NCBI GenBank assembly: GCA_031254195.1
Contig: JAIRUW010000013.1
Coordinates: 27,011 to 91,010, forward strand
Length of the DNA stretch: 64,000 bases
From: Oscillospiraceae bacterium
GTDB taxonomy: Bacteria > Bacillota > Clostridia > Oscillospirales > UBA929
Direction: 5' to 3'
Shown here: piece after piece, positions 8,850 through 19,769 of the stretch
How positions within the stretch are numbered: the stretch's first letter is position 1
How the letters are laid out: every line of letters starts with the position of its first letter
The notes under the pieces: model-generated
The model's database searches: none
Seen by the model: only the letters and a program-made list of their open reading frames with translations
What the model was told of the DNA's origin: nothing
Translations under genes and position numbers: made by a program

Positions 8850-9740
8850 TTATACGTTAAATCGCAACTTAAAACACTGCACCGCCGCGCCGGCGGCGCC
8901 TTTGCCTAAATTATCGAACCGCGCGATAGCAACAGTTTGTAATTTTTGACCGAATATAAACAGTTCGGCATCATCCGTTCCGTTGCACGCTTCCATATCC
9001 AGCCGGCCGGCCTCTAAATGGTCTTCCCCGCCGAACGGCATGACTTTTACATGCTCCGCGCCGTGATACCATTCCGCCAGCGTCGTGTGGACGCCCGGCG
9101 CGTAAAGCGGGAGCGGGATGGTGACCAGCATCCCCCGCTTTACCGGCGTGAGGACGGGCACGAAAATGGGCGGGGTGTCCATGCCGCTGACGATCTGCAT
9201 CTCCGGCAGGTGCTTATGTTGCAACCCCAGCGCGTACGGCATGGCGCCTTTTGGCGCGTCCGGCCCCTCGAACTCTTCGATCATCTGCCTGCCGCCGCCG
9301 CTGTAACCGGTCAGCGAGAAGCAGGACAGCACCTTGTAAGGGGCAATCCACTTCTGCCGCACCAATGGGTAGACAATGGCGCAGAAGCCGGTGGCGTGGC
9401 AGCCGGGGACGGCGATGCGGCGGGATTGCTTGATCATGTCGCGGTGCTCCGGTGAGAGCTCGGGGAAACCGTACGCCCAGCCGGGATCGGTCCGGTGCGC
9501 GGTCGAAGCGTCGAATACCACCGTCTGGGGATTGGTGACAAGGGAAACGGCTTCACGGGCGGCGTCGTCAGGCAGGCAGAGGAATACCGCGTCGGCGGCG
9601 TTGAGCCGTTCCGCCCGGGCGGCGGGGTCTTTGCGCTCCTCCTCACTGATTTCCAGCAGCTCCACACCGGGAATGGCCCTCAGCCTTTCCTCAATTTGCA
9701 GTCCTGTGGTTCCGGCGCGTCCGTCGATAAAGATTTTCAT
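8850..9740 (-). CDS. argC: N-acetyl-gamma-glutamyl-phosphate reductase (type II)
   Basis: MKIFIDGxxGTTG, [27 protein letters not shown]; ATGA overlap with argH. Confidence 0.95.
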   Translation of the reverse strand: MKIFIDGRAGTTGLQIEERLRAIPGVELLEISEEERKDPAARAERLNAADAVFLCLPDDAAREAVSLVTNPQTVVFDASTAHRTDPGWAYGFPELSPEHRDMIKQSRRIAVPGCHATGFCAIVYPLVRQKWIAPYKVLSCFSLTGYSGGGRQMIEEFEGPDAPKGAMPYALGLQHKHLPEMQIVSGMDTPPIFVPVLTPVKRGMLVTIPLPLYAPGVHTTLAEWYHGAEHVKVMPFGGEDHLEAGRLDMEACNGTDDAELFIFGQKLQTVAIARFDNLGKGAAGAAVQCFKLRFNV

Positions 9741-11053
9741 AGCAGCCCTCTCCTTTTCACACAATTTTCAAGGTTTAACAGTTCGTATATATCTTCGTTG
9801 AACAATACGGAATGTTTACGATACTCCCCGATAGATAATGTCTCCAGTGTTTCCCCTCGCTCCGCGCAATCCCTGACCAGCGCCCCGGCGATACCGTATG
9901 CCTCCCGAAAGGGCAGGCCTTTTTTCACCAGATAGTCGGCGCAGTCTGTGGCGTTGAGGAACCCTTCGGCGGCGGCGGCGCGCATCCTGTCTTTGTTGAA
10001 GACAATCGCCGCCATCATCGGCGTAAAGGCTTCCAGACAGGCCGAGACGGTATCCAGCGCGTCGAACAGGGCCTCCTTGTCCTCCTGCATATCCTTGTTA
10101 TAGGCCAGCGGCAACCCTTTCATCATGGCCAGCGTTCCCATCAGATGGCCGAAGACGCGCCCCGATTTGCCGCGGACCAGTTCACAAATGTCAGGGTTTT
10201 TCTTCTGCGGCATGATGGACGAGCCTGTGGCAAACGCGTCGGGAAGGGCCGCGAAGCCGAACTCGGAGGAGCACCAAAGAATGACCTCCTCCGCCATCCG
10301 CGACAGATGCGTCATAAGGATAGACAGGGCGGACAGTGTTTCGAGAACAAAGTCCCTGTCGCTGACCGCGTCCATCGTGTTTGCGCAGGGGCGGGCAAAT
10401 CCTAATACACTTGCGGTCATAGTACGGTCTATAGGGTAAGTCGTCCCGGCCAGCGCGCCCGCGCCCAGCGGGCACTCGTCCATCCTGCGGATTGCGTCTT
10501 CCATACGTGAGCAATCGCGGGCAAGCATTTCATGCCACGCCCCAAGGTGCAGCGCCAGCGTGACCGGCTGCGCCCTTTGCAAATGCGTATACCCCGGCAT
10601 GACCGTCGCCCTATGCCCCTCTATACGGGCGTCCAGTGTTTCCAGCAACCCTTTGAGCTGCTCCCGAAGCGCCGACAGCGCCGACTTGGTATACAGGCGC
10701 AAATCGGCTGCCACCTGGTCGTTGCGGCTGCGTCCTGTGTGCAGGCGCTTGCCGGCGCCGCCGATCCGGCGGGTCAGCTCAGCTTCGACGAAGGTATGGA
10801 CGTCCTCAGCGGACGGGTCGATTGCCAGCGAGCCGTTTGCCAGGTCGGCCGATATGCTGTGCAGGCCGGTTTCGATCATCTTGGCATCTTCTTTTGAAAT
10901 AATGCCGCATTCGCCCAGCATGGCGGCGTGCGCCAGCGAGCCTTGGATGTCCTCTTTGACCATCCGCGCGTCAAACCCAATCGAGCGGTTGAAGGCTTCG
11001 AGCGCGGGGTTTATGTCGCCGGAGGCGCGTCCCGCCCAGAGTTTCATAATCAA
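9737..11053 (-). CDS. argH: Argininosuccinate lyase
   Basis: [32 protein letters not shown]. Confidence 0.97.
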   Translation of the reverse strand: MIMKLWAGRASGDINPALEAFNRSIGFDARMVKEDIQGSLAHAAMLGECGIISKEDAKMIETGLHSISADLANGSLAIDPSAEDVHTFVEAELTRRIGGAGKRLHTGRSRNDQVAADLRLYTKSALSALREQLKGLLETLDARIEGHRATVMPGYTHLQRAQPVTLALHLGAWHEMLARDCSRMEDAIRRMDECPLGAGALAGTTYPIDRTMTASVLGFARPCANTMDAVSDRDFVLETLSALSILMTHLSRMAEEVILWCSSEFGFAALPDAFATGSSIMPQKKNPDICELVRGKSGRVFGHLMGTLAMMKGLPLAYNKDMQEDKEALFDALDTVSACLEAFTPMMAAIVFNKDRMRAAAAEGFLNATDCADYLVKKGLPFREAYGIAGALVRDCAERGETLETLSIGEYRKHSVLFNEDIYELLNLENCVKRRGLL

Positions 11054-11056
11054 TCC

Positions 11057-12256
11057 CTACTTCCGCAGCAACGCGTGTACTTTAGACGGCAAGCCGAACA
11101 GGTTGATGAACCCCTCGGCGTCCTTTTGATTATAATCGCTTTCGCCGAAAGACGCAAGCTCTTCCGAATATAGGGAAAACGGGCTTTCCATGCCCTGGCC
11201 GATGATATTGCCTTTATACAGCTTGAGCCGTACCGTCCCGCTGACATGCTCCTGCGTCTTGTCGACGAACGCGCTCAGCGCCTCGCGCAGCGGTGTGAAC
11301 CACTGGCCGTAATAGACCAGCTCGGCAAACCGGATGGCAAGCTGCTGTTTCATGTGCGCCGTGTCGCGGTCAAGGGTGAGCTGCTCCAGCATGGCGTGGG
11401 CTTTATACAGGATGGTGCCGCCGGGCGTCTCGTAGACGCCGCGCGACTTCATGCCGACGAGGCGGTTTTCCAAAAGGTCGATGACGCCGACGCCGTGCCT
11501 GCCGCCCAACGAGTTGAGTGTTTCAATCAGCGTTACGCCGTCCAGCTTTTCGCCGTTCAGTGACACAGGGACGCCTTGCTGAAAACCCAACGAGATGGTT
11601 TCGGGAGTATCAGGGGCCTTCTCCGGCGTCACGCCCAGCTCGAGGATATTGTCATACAGCGGGGCGTTGGCGGGGTCTTCGAGGTCGAGTCCCTCATGGG
11701 AGAGGTGCCAGAGGTTTTTATCTTTGGAATAGTTCGTCTCCCGGCTGATGGGCAGAGGGATGCCGCGGGCCTCCGCATATTCGATCTCGTCCTCGCGGCT
11801 TTTGAGATCCCACTCGCGCCACGGGGCGATGATCGACAGCTCCGGGGCGAACGCCTTGATGGCCAGCTCAAAGCGCACTTGGTCGTTGCCCTTTCCGGTG
11901 CAGCCGTGCGCGATGGCGTCGGCCCCCTCGCGCTTTGCGATCTCCACCATCCTACGCGCGATGACCGGGCGCGCGAACGAGGTGCCCAGCAGGTATTCCC
12001 CTTCATAGACCGCTCCCGCCTTCAGAGTGGGGAATATAAACTCATCCACAAACTCCCGGCGTAAATCCTCGATAAAACACTTGGAAGCGCCTGTTTTCAA
12101 GGCTTTTTCAATCAGGCCGTCCAGTTCCGCGCCCTGTCCAACGTCGGCCGCCACGGCGATGACCTCACACCCGTAATTCTCTTTCAGCCACGGAATAATA
12201 ACAGAAGTGTCCAGCCCGCCCGAATAAGCTAGAACCGCTTTTTTGCATGTTTTCAT
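11057..12256 (-). CDS. argG: Argininosuccinate synthase
   Basis: [42 protein letters not shown]; start MKTCKK after AGGAGGAG. Confidence 0.97.
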   Translation of the reverse strand: MKTCKKAVLAYSGGLDTSVIIPWLKENYGCEVIAVAADVGQGAELDGLIEKALKTGASKCFIEDLRREFVDEFIFPTLKAGAVYEGEYLLGTSFARPVIARRMVEIAKREGADAIAHGCTGKGNDQVRFELAIKAFAPELSIIAPWREWDLKSREDEIEYAEARGIPLPISRETNYSKDKNLWHLSHEGLDLEDPANAPLYDNILELGVTPEKAPDTPETISLGFQQGVPVSLNGEKLDGVTLIETLNSLGGRHGVGVIDLLENRLVGMKSRGVYETPGGTILYKAHAMLEQLTLDRDTAHMKQQLAIRFAELVYYGQWFTPLREALSAFVDKTQEHVSGTVRLKLYKGNIIGQGMESPFSLYSEELASFGESDYNQKDAEGFINLFGLPSKVHALLRK

Positions 12257-12332
12257 GGTTCTCCTCCTTAACATAAGTCCGCGGAGCGCCGAAAACCGAA
12301 CGGGCGCCGCTGTTTTATAAATATAACACATG

Positions 12333-12348
12333 ATGAATAAAAATGCAA
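12333..12348. promoter_or_regulatory. ARG box (ArgR/AhrC operator)
   Basis: ATGAATAAAAATGCAA matches the Firmicute ArgR/AhrC box; lies upstream of argG. Confidence 0.8.
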
Positions 12349-12368
12349 TACTCTATTTGAACTTGGAC

Positions 12369-12397
12369 TTGAATTTTTTTTCGCATTGGTTTATAAT
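12369..12397 (+). promoter_or_regulatory. Sigma-A promoter for cheR-cheB-cheD
   Basis: TTGAAT-N17-TATAAT. Confidence 0.65.
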
Positions 12398-12465
12398 GTA
12401 CATAATGTCCGGCTGGAAAGCACCGGGAAGGCATATATTTGTTACGGTGGATGGGAGGCGCGGCT

Positions 12466-13281
12466 GTGGAGGGTAACCATGTATCCAGGGATGAGTTTCT
12501 CAAACTGGTACGGTACATAAAAGAGAATTACGGGGTCAACCTTGAGCAGAAGCTCACTTTGGTCGAAGGCCGGCTGTGGAACGTCATCAAGCAAAAAGGG
12601 TTTGCGTCCTTGGGGGAATATTTTGATTTTGCCATGAGCGACAGGTCCGGCACGGAAATCAAAACACTGCTGACGCGCCTGACCACAAATTATACATACT
12701 TCATGCGCGAGGATCAACACTACGCTTTTTTAACGGGCACCATCCTGCCTGAACTGATCCCGACGCTCAAGTCCAAGGATTTGCGTATATGGAGCGCCGG
12801 ATGCTCATCGGGCGAGGAACCTTATACGACCGCTATGGTCCTTGACGACTATTTTGGGACCTCCAAAAGCCAATGGGACGCCAAGATACTCGCCACCGAC
12901 ATTTCACCGCAGGTCCTGCAAATGGCGGATGAAGCGGTATATCCCGAGGACAGGCTGAAAAACCTGCCCCCGGCTTGGAAGACAAAGTATTTCACCAAAG
13001 AGCCGGGCGATCAGTTTCGGATCAAGCCTGACATCAAAAAGGAAGTCGTCTTCCGCTCGTTTAACTTGATGGAGCCGTTCCCGTTCCGCAAGCCCTTCCA
13101 TGTTATTTTCTGCCGCAATGTAATGATTTATTTTGATAAACCCACCCGCGACGGGCTGATTGAGCGTTATTACGACGCGCTGGAGCCGGGAGGGTATCTT
13201 TTTATAGGCCTTTCGGAAACGGTGGACAAATCGGTGACGCGGTTTGATTTCGTTAGGCCTTCTATATATAGGAAGGTATAA
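12466..13281 (+). CDS. cheR: Chemotaxis methyltransferase
   Basis: TTNYTYFMRE, IWSAGCSSGEEPY, ATDIS, IFCRNVMIYF; GTG start after GGGAGG. Confidence 0.95.
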   Translation: MEGNHVSRDEFLKLVRYIKENYGVNLEQKLTLVEGRLWNVIKQKGFASLGEYFDFAMSDRSGTEIKTLLTRLTTNYTYFMREDQHYAFLTGTILPELIPTLKSKDLRIWSAGCSSGEEPYTTAMVLDDYFGTSKSQWDAKILATDISPQVLQMADEAVYPEDRLKNLPPAWKTKYFTKEPGDQFRIKPDIKKEVVFRSFNLMEPFPFRKPFHVIFCRNVMIYFDKPTRDGLIERYYDALEPGGYLFIGLSETVDKSVTRFDFVRPSIYRKV

Positions 13282-13317
13282 GGTATACAATAGCATACAG
13301 AAAAGAGGTGGAACCCC

Positions 13318-14334
13318 ATGTCCCATGATACAATCAGGGTCCTTGTGGTAGACGATTCGCTTTTCTTTCGCAGTATGCTGGTTAAAGGGCTGTCGGAAGC
13401 GCAGGGTATTGAGGTTGTGGGTGAAGCGTATGATCCCTATGATGCCCGGGAGAGCCTTTTGAACCTGGAACCGGACGTAATGACGCTGGACATCGAGATG
13501 CCGAACATGAACGGCGTGGAATTCCTAAAAATACTGCTCCCACAGTGGAAAATCCCTGTTGTGGTTATTTCGAGCAGAGGCGACCTTGCCGACGCTGCCA
13601 AGCGGGCGGGAGCCGCTGATTTTTTCCAAAAACCGGAGCGCGCCAACAAGGCTTCTGTTGACGCTTTTCTCAAAGAACTGCCCAACCGCGTCCGCGCTGC
13701 CGTTTCCAAGACCCGGATGGCTTCTGTCTCTCTGCCGGGGGCGGGCGGGTCTTCAAATTGCGTCGTCGCGCTGGGAGCTTCCACCGGCGGCACACAGGCC
13801 ACCGCCCGGATTGTACACGCCCTGCCGGCAGATTTTCCGGGGATGGTCATCGTACAGCATATGCCGCCGGATTTTACCCGCATGTACGCAAGCAACCTCG
13901 ACCGCGACTGCCAGATGCATGTCACCGAGGCGAGGGACGGAGAGAGGATCGAACGCGGAAAGGTGCTGGTCGCCCCGGGCGGCGGGCTGCATATGGAGGT
14001 GCAGCAGCGAGGCGACGGCAATTTTGTACGCCTGACCCCGGGAGATAAGGTCAGCGGGCACTGCCCGTCGGTCGACAGGCTCTTCCTTTCCATGGCAAAG
14101 CATTTGCCGGGCAGGTCCTCCGTTGGGGTATTGCTGACCGGTATGGGCGCGGATGGCGCGCGCGGGCTGCTCGCCATGCGCAATACCGGCGCGTATACTG
14201 TCGGGCAGGATGAGAAAAGCTGCGTTGTATACGGGATGCCGCGCGAAGCCTTTGAGATGGGCGCGGTCACGCGCCAGTCGCCGCTGGAAGGCATTGCCGA
14301 GCTGCTAATCAGGTATGTACGCAACCTAAAATAG
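13318..14334 (+). CDS. cheB: Chemotaxis response regulator methylesterase
   Basis: Receiver domain (VVDDS, LDIEMP) plus GASTGG, VQHMP and TGMGADG. Confidence 0.95.
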   Translation: MSHDTIRVLVVDDSLFFRSMLVKGLSEAQGIEVVGEAYDPYDARESLLNLEPDVMTLDIEMPNMNGVEFLKILLPQWKIPVVVISSRGDLADAAKRAGAADFFQKPERANKASVDAFLKELPNRVRAAVSKTRMASVSLPGAGGSSNCVVALGASTGGTQATARIVHALPADFPGMVIVQHMPPDFTRMYASNLDRDCQMHVTEARDGERIERGKVLVAPGGGLHMEVQQRGDGNFVRLTPGDKVSGHCPSVDRLFLSMAKHLPGRSSVGVLLTGMGADGARGLLAMRNTGAYTVGQDEKSCVVYGMPREAFEMGAVTRQSPLEGIAELLIRYVRNLK

Positions 14335-14343
14335 GGGTGGACT

Positions 14344-14934
14344 GTGGAACATGTGGTTGGTATCGGGGGGTATGCCGTTTCGGGCAGTCCCGATGACGTC
14401 ATAAAGACCTTTGCGCTGTCCACCTGCGTCGGGCTGGTGTATTACAGTATGCGCAAGCGTGCCATGGCGATGGCGCATATCCAGCTGCCGGTCTGCCGTT
14501 CGATGAGCACGGGGGATAAGCCCAGCCGCTTTGCCGACATGGCGCCGGAGTTTTTGCTAAAAGAGATGCAGCAGAAGCACGCCGTAACCCCGCGCGAGGT
14601 ACTGATCAGCCTGTACGGCGGGATTGACGGCAGGGGGGCGGGCGACTGCTTCCGTATCGGCGAAAAGAACCTTCAGGTAGTCAAAGACACGCTCCGCAAG
14701 CTCGGCTTGGTATACAACGAGGTCGATACCGGCGGGCAGGAGAGCCGGACGCTGGTGGCGTATACCTCCACCGGCATAGTAGAGGTCATCAAGCGCCCGA
14801 TGGCGTTCAGCGGGCCGGGCGCTCCGGCGGCACGCACCGGTCCCCAGGGGCCGGCAAGGACCGGACCGCAAGGCCCGGCGGCGCGGACCGGCCCCCAAGG
14901 GCCGGCGGGCAGGGCTCCGGGCTTCTTGAGATAA
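14344..14934 (+). CDS. cheD: Chemoreceptor glutamine deamidase with C-terminal repeat tail
   Basis: ALSTCVG, AHIQLP, FRIGEKN, DTGG..SRT. Confidence 0.85.
   Translation: MEHVVGIGGYAVSGSPDDVIKTFALSTCVGLVYYSMRKRAMAMAHIQLPVCRSMSTGDKPSRFADMAPEFLLKEMQQKHAVTPREVLISLYGGIDGRGAGDCFRIGEKNLQVVKDTLRKLGLVYNEVDTGGQESRTLVAYTSTGIVEVIKRPMAFSGPGAPAARTGPQGPARTGPQGPAARTGPQGPAGRAPGFLR
14830..14904 (+). repeat. Three in-frame ARTGPQGP repeats in the CheD tail
   Basis: Identical octapeptide encoded three times by different synonymous codons. Confidence 0.85.
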
Positions 14935-15011
14935 CGCTTGACTACGGTATGAATGTATGATAAACTGCCCATTATACCGATTAATTATGGGCAAGAGGGG
15001 GGAACGGGTGC

Positions 15012-15734
15012 TTGGACAGCGTGAACAACATAGCCTCCATGCGCGTCGCGCAGGCGATGCAGGGTATTCAGACCCGCCTCGCTGAAATCGAAGAACGGAT
15101 GGGGATTTCGTTTTCCGCCCAAATGCTGCGCGCTCAGTCCTCGCAGGGAGCAGGGGGGAGCGCCGCCGTTGGCGAGTCCGAGGGGGAGCACCTGTGGCCG
15201 TCGGAGATTGCGGACGATGTATCCCAAGAGTACAGCTATACGGATGAAACCGTCCAAGTACAGCAAACGGGAGGGTTTGGCCGGTTACCGGAGAGCTCTT
15301 ATGACAGCCTTTTCGTGGAAGCGGCGGAACGCTACGGCATTAGCGCGGCGCTGATTAAAGCGGTCGGCTTTGCCGAAAGCACTTTCCGCCCGGGCGCCGT
15401 TTCCCAATCGGGCGCGATGGGCCTGATGCAGTTGATGCCTTACACCGCCGAGGCGCTGGGCGTGAACGACCCGTTTGACCCGGCGCAGAACATAGACGGC
15501 GGGGCGCGGCTGCTGGCACAGCACCTGGACCGCTTCGGCGGGGACGCGCTGCTTGCCGTCGCCGCCTATAACTGCGGCCCCTACGGCGTCACCTCGCGGG
15601 GAATCACCGATTTGTCCGACCCCGAACAGCGCGCGCTGCTCCCGGCGGAGACGCGCGGCTATTTGGCGCGGATAGAGCAGTATCTGGGCGAAGCGCAGGC
15701 GCTGTATGTATTGAGCAGCCCGTATGCGGTCTGA
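15012..15734 (+). CDS. Lytic transglycosylase (SLT domain)
   Basis: AES.F...AVS.SGAMGLMQLMP, NIDGG and AAYN motifs. Confidence 0.9.
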   Translation: MDSVNNIASMRVAQAMQGIQTRLAEIEERMGISFSAQMLRAQSSQGAGGSAAVGESEGEHLWPSEIADDVSQEYSYTDETVQVQQTGGFGRLPESSYDSLFVEAAERYGISAALIKAVGFAESTFRPGAVSQSGAMGLMQLMPYTAEALGVNDPFDPAQNIDGGARLLAQHLDRFGGDALLAVAAYNCGPYGVTSRGITDLSDPEQRALLPAETRGYLARIEQYLGEAQALYVLSSPYAV

Positions 15735-15876
15735 GCAGGCGGCCTTTTAAGGAAGGTCTTACATATATGTATTTTTACGGTAAAATATTGCCGAATATTC
15801 CCGATTCGGGTTTAGTATGCTAGAGTTGCTAACGATACACAATAGAATAAGGACCTTCCAAAAAGGGGCGTGACCT

Positions 15877-16290
15877 ATGTTCAATAAGATGTTTCGGAAT
15901 ATCGACCTGATGCAGAAGGGCTTGGACGCGGCGTGGATGCGTCAGGACGTTATCGCGCACAACATCGCCAATGTGGATACCCCGGACTATAATGCGCAGC
16001 ATGTGGAGTTTGAGTCGCTGCTTAAAGCCGCGCTGAACGGCGAGGGGACGATGGAAGGATACAGGACGCACGAAAAACACATCCGAATCGGGGGCAGCCC
16101 CGACCCCATGCAGGTCAAACCAATAACCATGACCGACTACCACTACGAGATTCGCATGGACGGCAATAATGTGGACCCCGACCACCAGATGACCGAGATG
16201 GCCGCCAACTATATCCGCTACAGCGCTTTGCAGGCGCGGGTCACCGGCTCGTTCAACAGGCTGAAGATGGCGATAAGGGAGGGTAAATGA
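15877..16290 (+). CDS. flgB: Flagellar basal body rod protein
   Basis: IAHNIANVDTPDY, DGNNVD. Confidence 0.95.
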   Translation: MFNKMFRNIDLMQKGLDAAWMRQDVIAHNIANVDTPDYNAQHVEFESLLKAALNGEGTMEGYRTHEKHIRIGGSPDPMQVKPITMTDYHYEIRMDGNNVDPDHQMTEMAANYIRYSALQARVTGSFNRLKMAIREGK

Positions 16291-16733
16291 TGGGCATTTT
16301 CCGCAGCATGGAGATCAGCGCGTCGGGTATGAGCGCTCAGCGCTTCCGCATGGATGTCATTTCGCAGAACATTGCCAACGAGGACAACACCCGCACCGCC
16401 GACGGGACGCCGTACCGGCGCCGGATGGTCATATTTCAGGAGAGAAGCAGCCCTTACCAGTTTTCCAATTACCTTCAGGCCGCGCAGCAGCGCACCGTAG
16501 GCACCGGCGTCCGCGCCATCCGGGTGGAGGAGGACCACAAGACCGACTTCAAAATGATTTACGATCCGTCTCACCCCGACGCCAACGAGGAGGGTTATGT
16601 GAGCTACCCCAATGTGGACAGGGAGCAGGAGCTGGTGGACTTCCTGTCGGCTCTGCGGTCATACGAAGCCAATGTCACCGCGTTCAATAACTTCAAGAAC
16701 ATGGCTATGAAAGCCTTAGAGATCGGAAGATAA
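16287..16733 (+). CDS. flgC: Flagellar basal body rod protein
   Basis: SQNIAN, PYRRR, YDPSHPDA..GYV.YPNV, RSYEAN. Confidence 0.95.
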   Translation: MMGIFRSMEISASGMSAQRFRMDVISQNIANEDNTRTADGTPYRRRMVIFQERSSPYQFSNYLQAAQQRTVGTGVRAIRVEEDHKTDFKMIYDPSHPDANEEGYVSYPNVDREQELVDFLSALRSYEANVTAFNNFKNMAMKALEIGR

Positions 16734-16756
16734 TGAATACTTGAAAGGGTGGTTCC

Positions 16757-17092
16757 ATGGCTATCGATTCTCTGAATTTCAACAATTACACATGGCTGCC
16801 GTCGCTGATGACCGCCGGGAACGTTCAGGATGCGATCCCAACAGCGCCCGTCGCGACGGATGAGGTTCCCAGGATTTCGTTTTCCGACTTCCTGTCGGAC
16901 GCGGTGGGCAATACCATCGCTTCCGACGCCGAGTCCAGTGCCGCCGGTATGGATTTGCTTCTGGGCGGGGAACAGGATCTGCACAGCGTCCTGATCGCCG
17001 GGCAGAAGGCGGAGGTTTTGCTCAACCTCACCGTTCAGATTCGTAACAAGATGGTGGAATCCTATCAAGAAATTATGAGAATGCAGGTGTAA
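16757..17092 (+). CDS. fliE: Flagellar hook-basal body protein
   Basis: DLHSVLIA.QKAE...QIRNKMVESYQEIMRMQV. Confidence 0.95.
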   Translation: MAIDSLNFNNYTWLPSLMTAGNVQDAIPTAPVATDEVPRISFSDFLSDAVGNTIASDAESSAAGMDLLLGGEQDLHSVLIAGQKAEVLLNLTVQIRNKMVESYQEIMRMQV

Positions 17093-17095
17093 ACC

Positions 17096-18724
17096 TTGGA
17101 ATTCCTGCAAGGTATCTTAAACCGCGTACGCGGTTGGTTTTCGGGCATATGGGAAAAGACGGAAAAGCGCGACCGTACGCGCTTTCTTGTCATTTCAGGA
17201 ATCGCGGTGGTATTGATTATCGCGGCCGCAGTCATGCTCAACAACAACAAGTATACCGAGTTTGTCACCATTAACGACCCGGAGCAAAGGCGTTCCGTGT
17301 CAGCCGCGCTGTCCGAGAACGGTATAAGACCCAGAATCTCAGGCAATACATTACTCGTCGATAAAAGCGATTACCTCAGCGCCAACGCGGTGTATCTCGC
17401 GATGGCGGACGCCAATGTCGGATTTGAGGGGTTGGATTTCGCTATCTACGAGATGGCGACCGGCATTACCAGCACAGACGCCGACCGGCGCAACTATACG
17501 GTCTTCCAGTTGCGGAGAGACCTCAAGGCGACTTTTGAGGCGCTGCCTTTTGTCAGCAGTGCCGAGGTTATAATCACTATCCCGCAAAAGCAAATCATCT
17601 TCCAAAATGATTACGTGCCCCCGACCGCGTCGGTCGCGCTCTTTCTCACTACCGAAATCACCCAGTCGCAAGTCGAGACGATTGAGAAATTTGTGGCCAA
17701 TGCCGTCGGTGGTATGAGTCCCGAGGATGTGATGGTCACCGACCAGTTTATGCGCCCCCTCAGGAAAGAGAGCGGGGAAGAGGATATTGCCACAAGGGTC
17801 TCGGCCAATTATGAGCATCAAAAGAGGGTGGAGCAGGATTTGGCCGCCGGGGTTACAAGGCAGCTTTCGGTAATCTTTGGACCCTCTAATATCGGCGTTA
17901 ACGTATCCGCCAAGCTGAATTTTGACGATTATGAGAGGCGAAGTCAGGAATTCATCCCGGTCGTTGGCGACGACGAGGGCATCGTCCGTTCTATGGAGAC
18001 CTTAATGGAGCACGCCAAAGGCGCCGGACCCCTCGGCGGCACGGTAGGCACCGATCCCAACGGGCTTGGCATGGACGGCCTTGACGCCGCCGAATATGTC
18101 GAAGTGATGGAGCAATTGATGAGCGAATACGATAAAGAGCAAAATGTAACCAATTACGAAATCTCCGAAGTCAACGAGTATCTGAGGACCGCGCACGGTA
18201 CGATAGAGGAAGTAACGGTAGGGATTACGATCAACGAAGACCTTTTGGAGCAGGAAGGATTGGCAATGGCTGCCGATGCGGTCCGCAGACTGGCGGCCGC
18301 GGCGGTCGGCTTGCAGCCTGACCAATACGAGACCAACGTGGTCGTCGAGTACCTGCCCATGCTGCAACCCAGGCTGAACCAAGCGGAAGAGGACGCGTTT
18401 AACGAACAGAAACAGCGCGAAGAGCTTTATGCCCTCATCCAAACCCTCGTCCTCTATGGCATCATCGGCATTTGTTTCATTTTGCTTATCCTGCGCACCT
18501 TCGCCCTCCTCAAACCCAAGCCGGTGGAGCTGCCCGGGGAGATACTGGCCGGCGATGTGGAAGACTATTCGGACCTTTTGGAAGCCGCCACGGTCAGCAT
18601 GGAGCTGGAGGTTACCAAAACCCCGTCGCGCGAACGTGTCGAGGAGTTTATTGAGAACAACGCGGAAGCCGTGGCCCATATGCTGCGCACATGGCTTCAG
18701 GACGAAGAGGATAAAGGCTGGTAA
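17096..18724 (+). CDS. fliF: Flagellar M-ring protein
   Basis: Two TM segments flanking ring domain; position between fliE and fliG; C-terminal LRTWL. Confidence 0.88.
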   Translation: MEFLQGILNRVRGWFSGIWEKTEKRDRTRFLVISGIAVVLIIAAAVMLNNNKYTEFVTINDPEQRRSVSAALSENGIRPRISGNTLLVDKSDYLSANAVYLAMADANVGFEGLDFAIYEMATGITSTDADRRNYTVFQLRRDLKATFEALPFVSSAEVIITIPQKQIIFQNDYVPPTASVALFLTTEITQSQVETIEKFVANAVGGMSPEDVMVTDQFMRPLRKESGEEDIATRVSANYEHQKRVEQDLAAGVTRQLSVIFGPSNIGVNVSAKLNFDDYERRSQEFIPVVGDDEGIVRSMETLMEHAKGAGPLGGTVGTDPNGLGMDGLDAAEYVEVMEQLMSEYDKEQNVTNYEISEVNEYLRTAHGTIEEVTVGITINEDLLEQEGLAMAADAVRRLAAAAVGLQPDQYETNVVVEYLPMLQPRLNQAEEDAFNEQKQREELYALIQTLVLYGIIGICFILLILRTFALLKPKPVELPGEILAGDVEDYSDLLEAATVSMELEVTKTPSRERVEEFIENNAEAVAHMLRTWLQDEEDKGW

Positions 18725-18749
18725 TTTCATTAGTGTGAGGTGAGGATCT

Positions 18750-19769
18750 GTGCCACCGACAAAGGCAACGGAAAAAATGAGCGGGCGTGAAAAGGCGGCC
18801 ATTCTCCTGATTGCCCTCGGTAAGGAGTATTCCTCCAAGATATTCCGCCATCTAAAGGATGAAGAGATTGAGCAGCTCACGCTGGACATCACCAATGTGC
18901 GGCGCGTGGACGCTGAAACAAAAGATGACATCATCAATGAGTTCTACGAGGAATGCCTGACGCAGAACTATATTCTGGAGGGCGGCATCGACTACGCCCG
19001 GGAGCTGCTTGAGTCGTCAATCGGTTCGGCGCGCGCCCTTGAGCTCATCTCCCGCCTCACCTCCTCCCTTCAGGTGCGCCCGTTTGACTTCGCACGCAAG
19101 ACCGACCCCAACCAGATACTGAACTTTATCCAGAACGAACACCCGCAGACCATCGCCCTGATTTTATCCTATCTCGAACCGGGCATGGCCGCGGCGATAT
19201 TATCCAAGCTGCCCAGCGAAAAGCAGACGCAGGTTGTCGTGCGTGTCTCCACGATGGACCGCACCAGCCCCGAATATGTACGCGAGGTGGAGCGCATCCT
19301 CGACCGCAAGCTGAGCAGTATGGGCGTGGACGACTTCACCGTTGTGGGCGGCATCCAGTCCATCGTCGATATCCTCAACGCCGCCGACCGCGGCACCGAG
19401 CGCCGCGTATTGGAAGAGCTTGAAGTCGATAACAGCGACCTTGTGGACGAGATCCGGCGCAAAATGTTCGTCTTCGAGGACATCATCCGCCTCGACAAGC
19501 GCGCCATCCAGCGCGTCCTCAAGGAAGTCGAGAACGCCGACCTTACCGTCGCCCTCAAGAACGCTACCGAAGAGCTGCGCGGCCTGATCTTCGAGAATAT
19601 GTCCAAGCGCCTTGCCGATATGATTAAAGAGGACATGGAATATATGGGGCCGGTGCGCGTACGCGACGTCGAGGACTCCCAGCAGAAGATTGTCAACGTT
19701 ATAAGGAAGCTCCAGGATGCGGGCGAGATCGTTATCTCGCGCGGTTCGGAGGATGAGCTCATTGTCTAA
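18750..19769 (+). CDS. fliG: Flagellar motor switch protein
   Basis: EKAAILLIALG, EHPQTIAL, MFVFEDI, MGPVRVRDVE. Confidence 0.97.
   Translation: MPPTKATEKMSGREKAAILLIALGKEYSSKIFRHLKDEEIEQLTLDITNVRRVDAETKDDIINEFYEECLTQNYILEGGIDYARELLESSIGSARALELISRLTSSLQVRPFDFARKTDPNQILNFIQNEHPQTIALILSYLEPGMAAAILSKLPSEKQTQVVVRVSTMDRTSPEYVREVERILDRKLSSMGVDDFTVVGGIQSIVDILNAADRGTERRVLEELEVDNSDLVDEIRRKMFVFEDIIRLDKRAIQRVLKEVENADLTVALKNATEELRGLIFENMSKRLADMIKEDMEYMGPVRVRDVEDSQQKIVNVIRKLQDAGEIVISRGSEDELIV

Noticed and set aside
12257-12330. T-box or riboswitch in the argG leader
   Set aside because: Leader too short, no T-box motif or terminator; the ARG box explains regulation
15735-15876. c-di-GMP riboswitch or invertible flagellar switch before flgB
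   Set aside because: No GCAAA/GNRA-receptor pattern or flanking inverted repeats seen; only a weak sigma-28-like match
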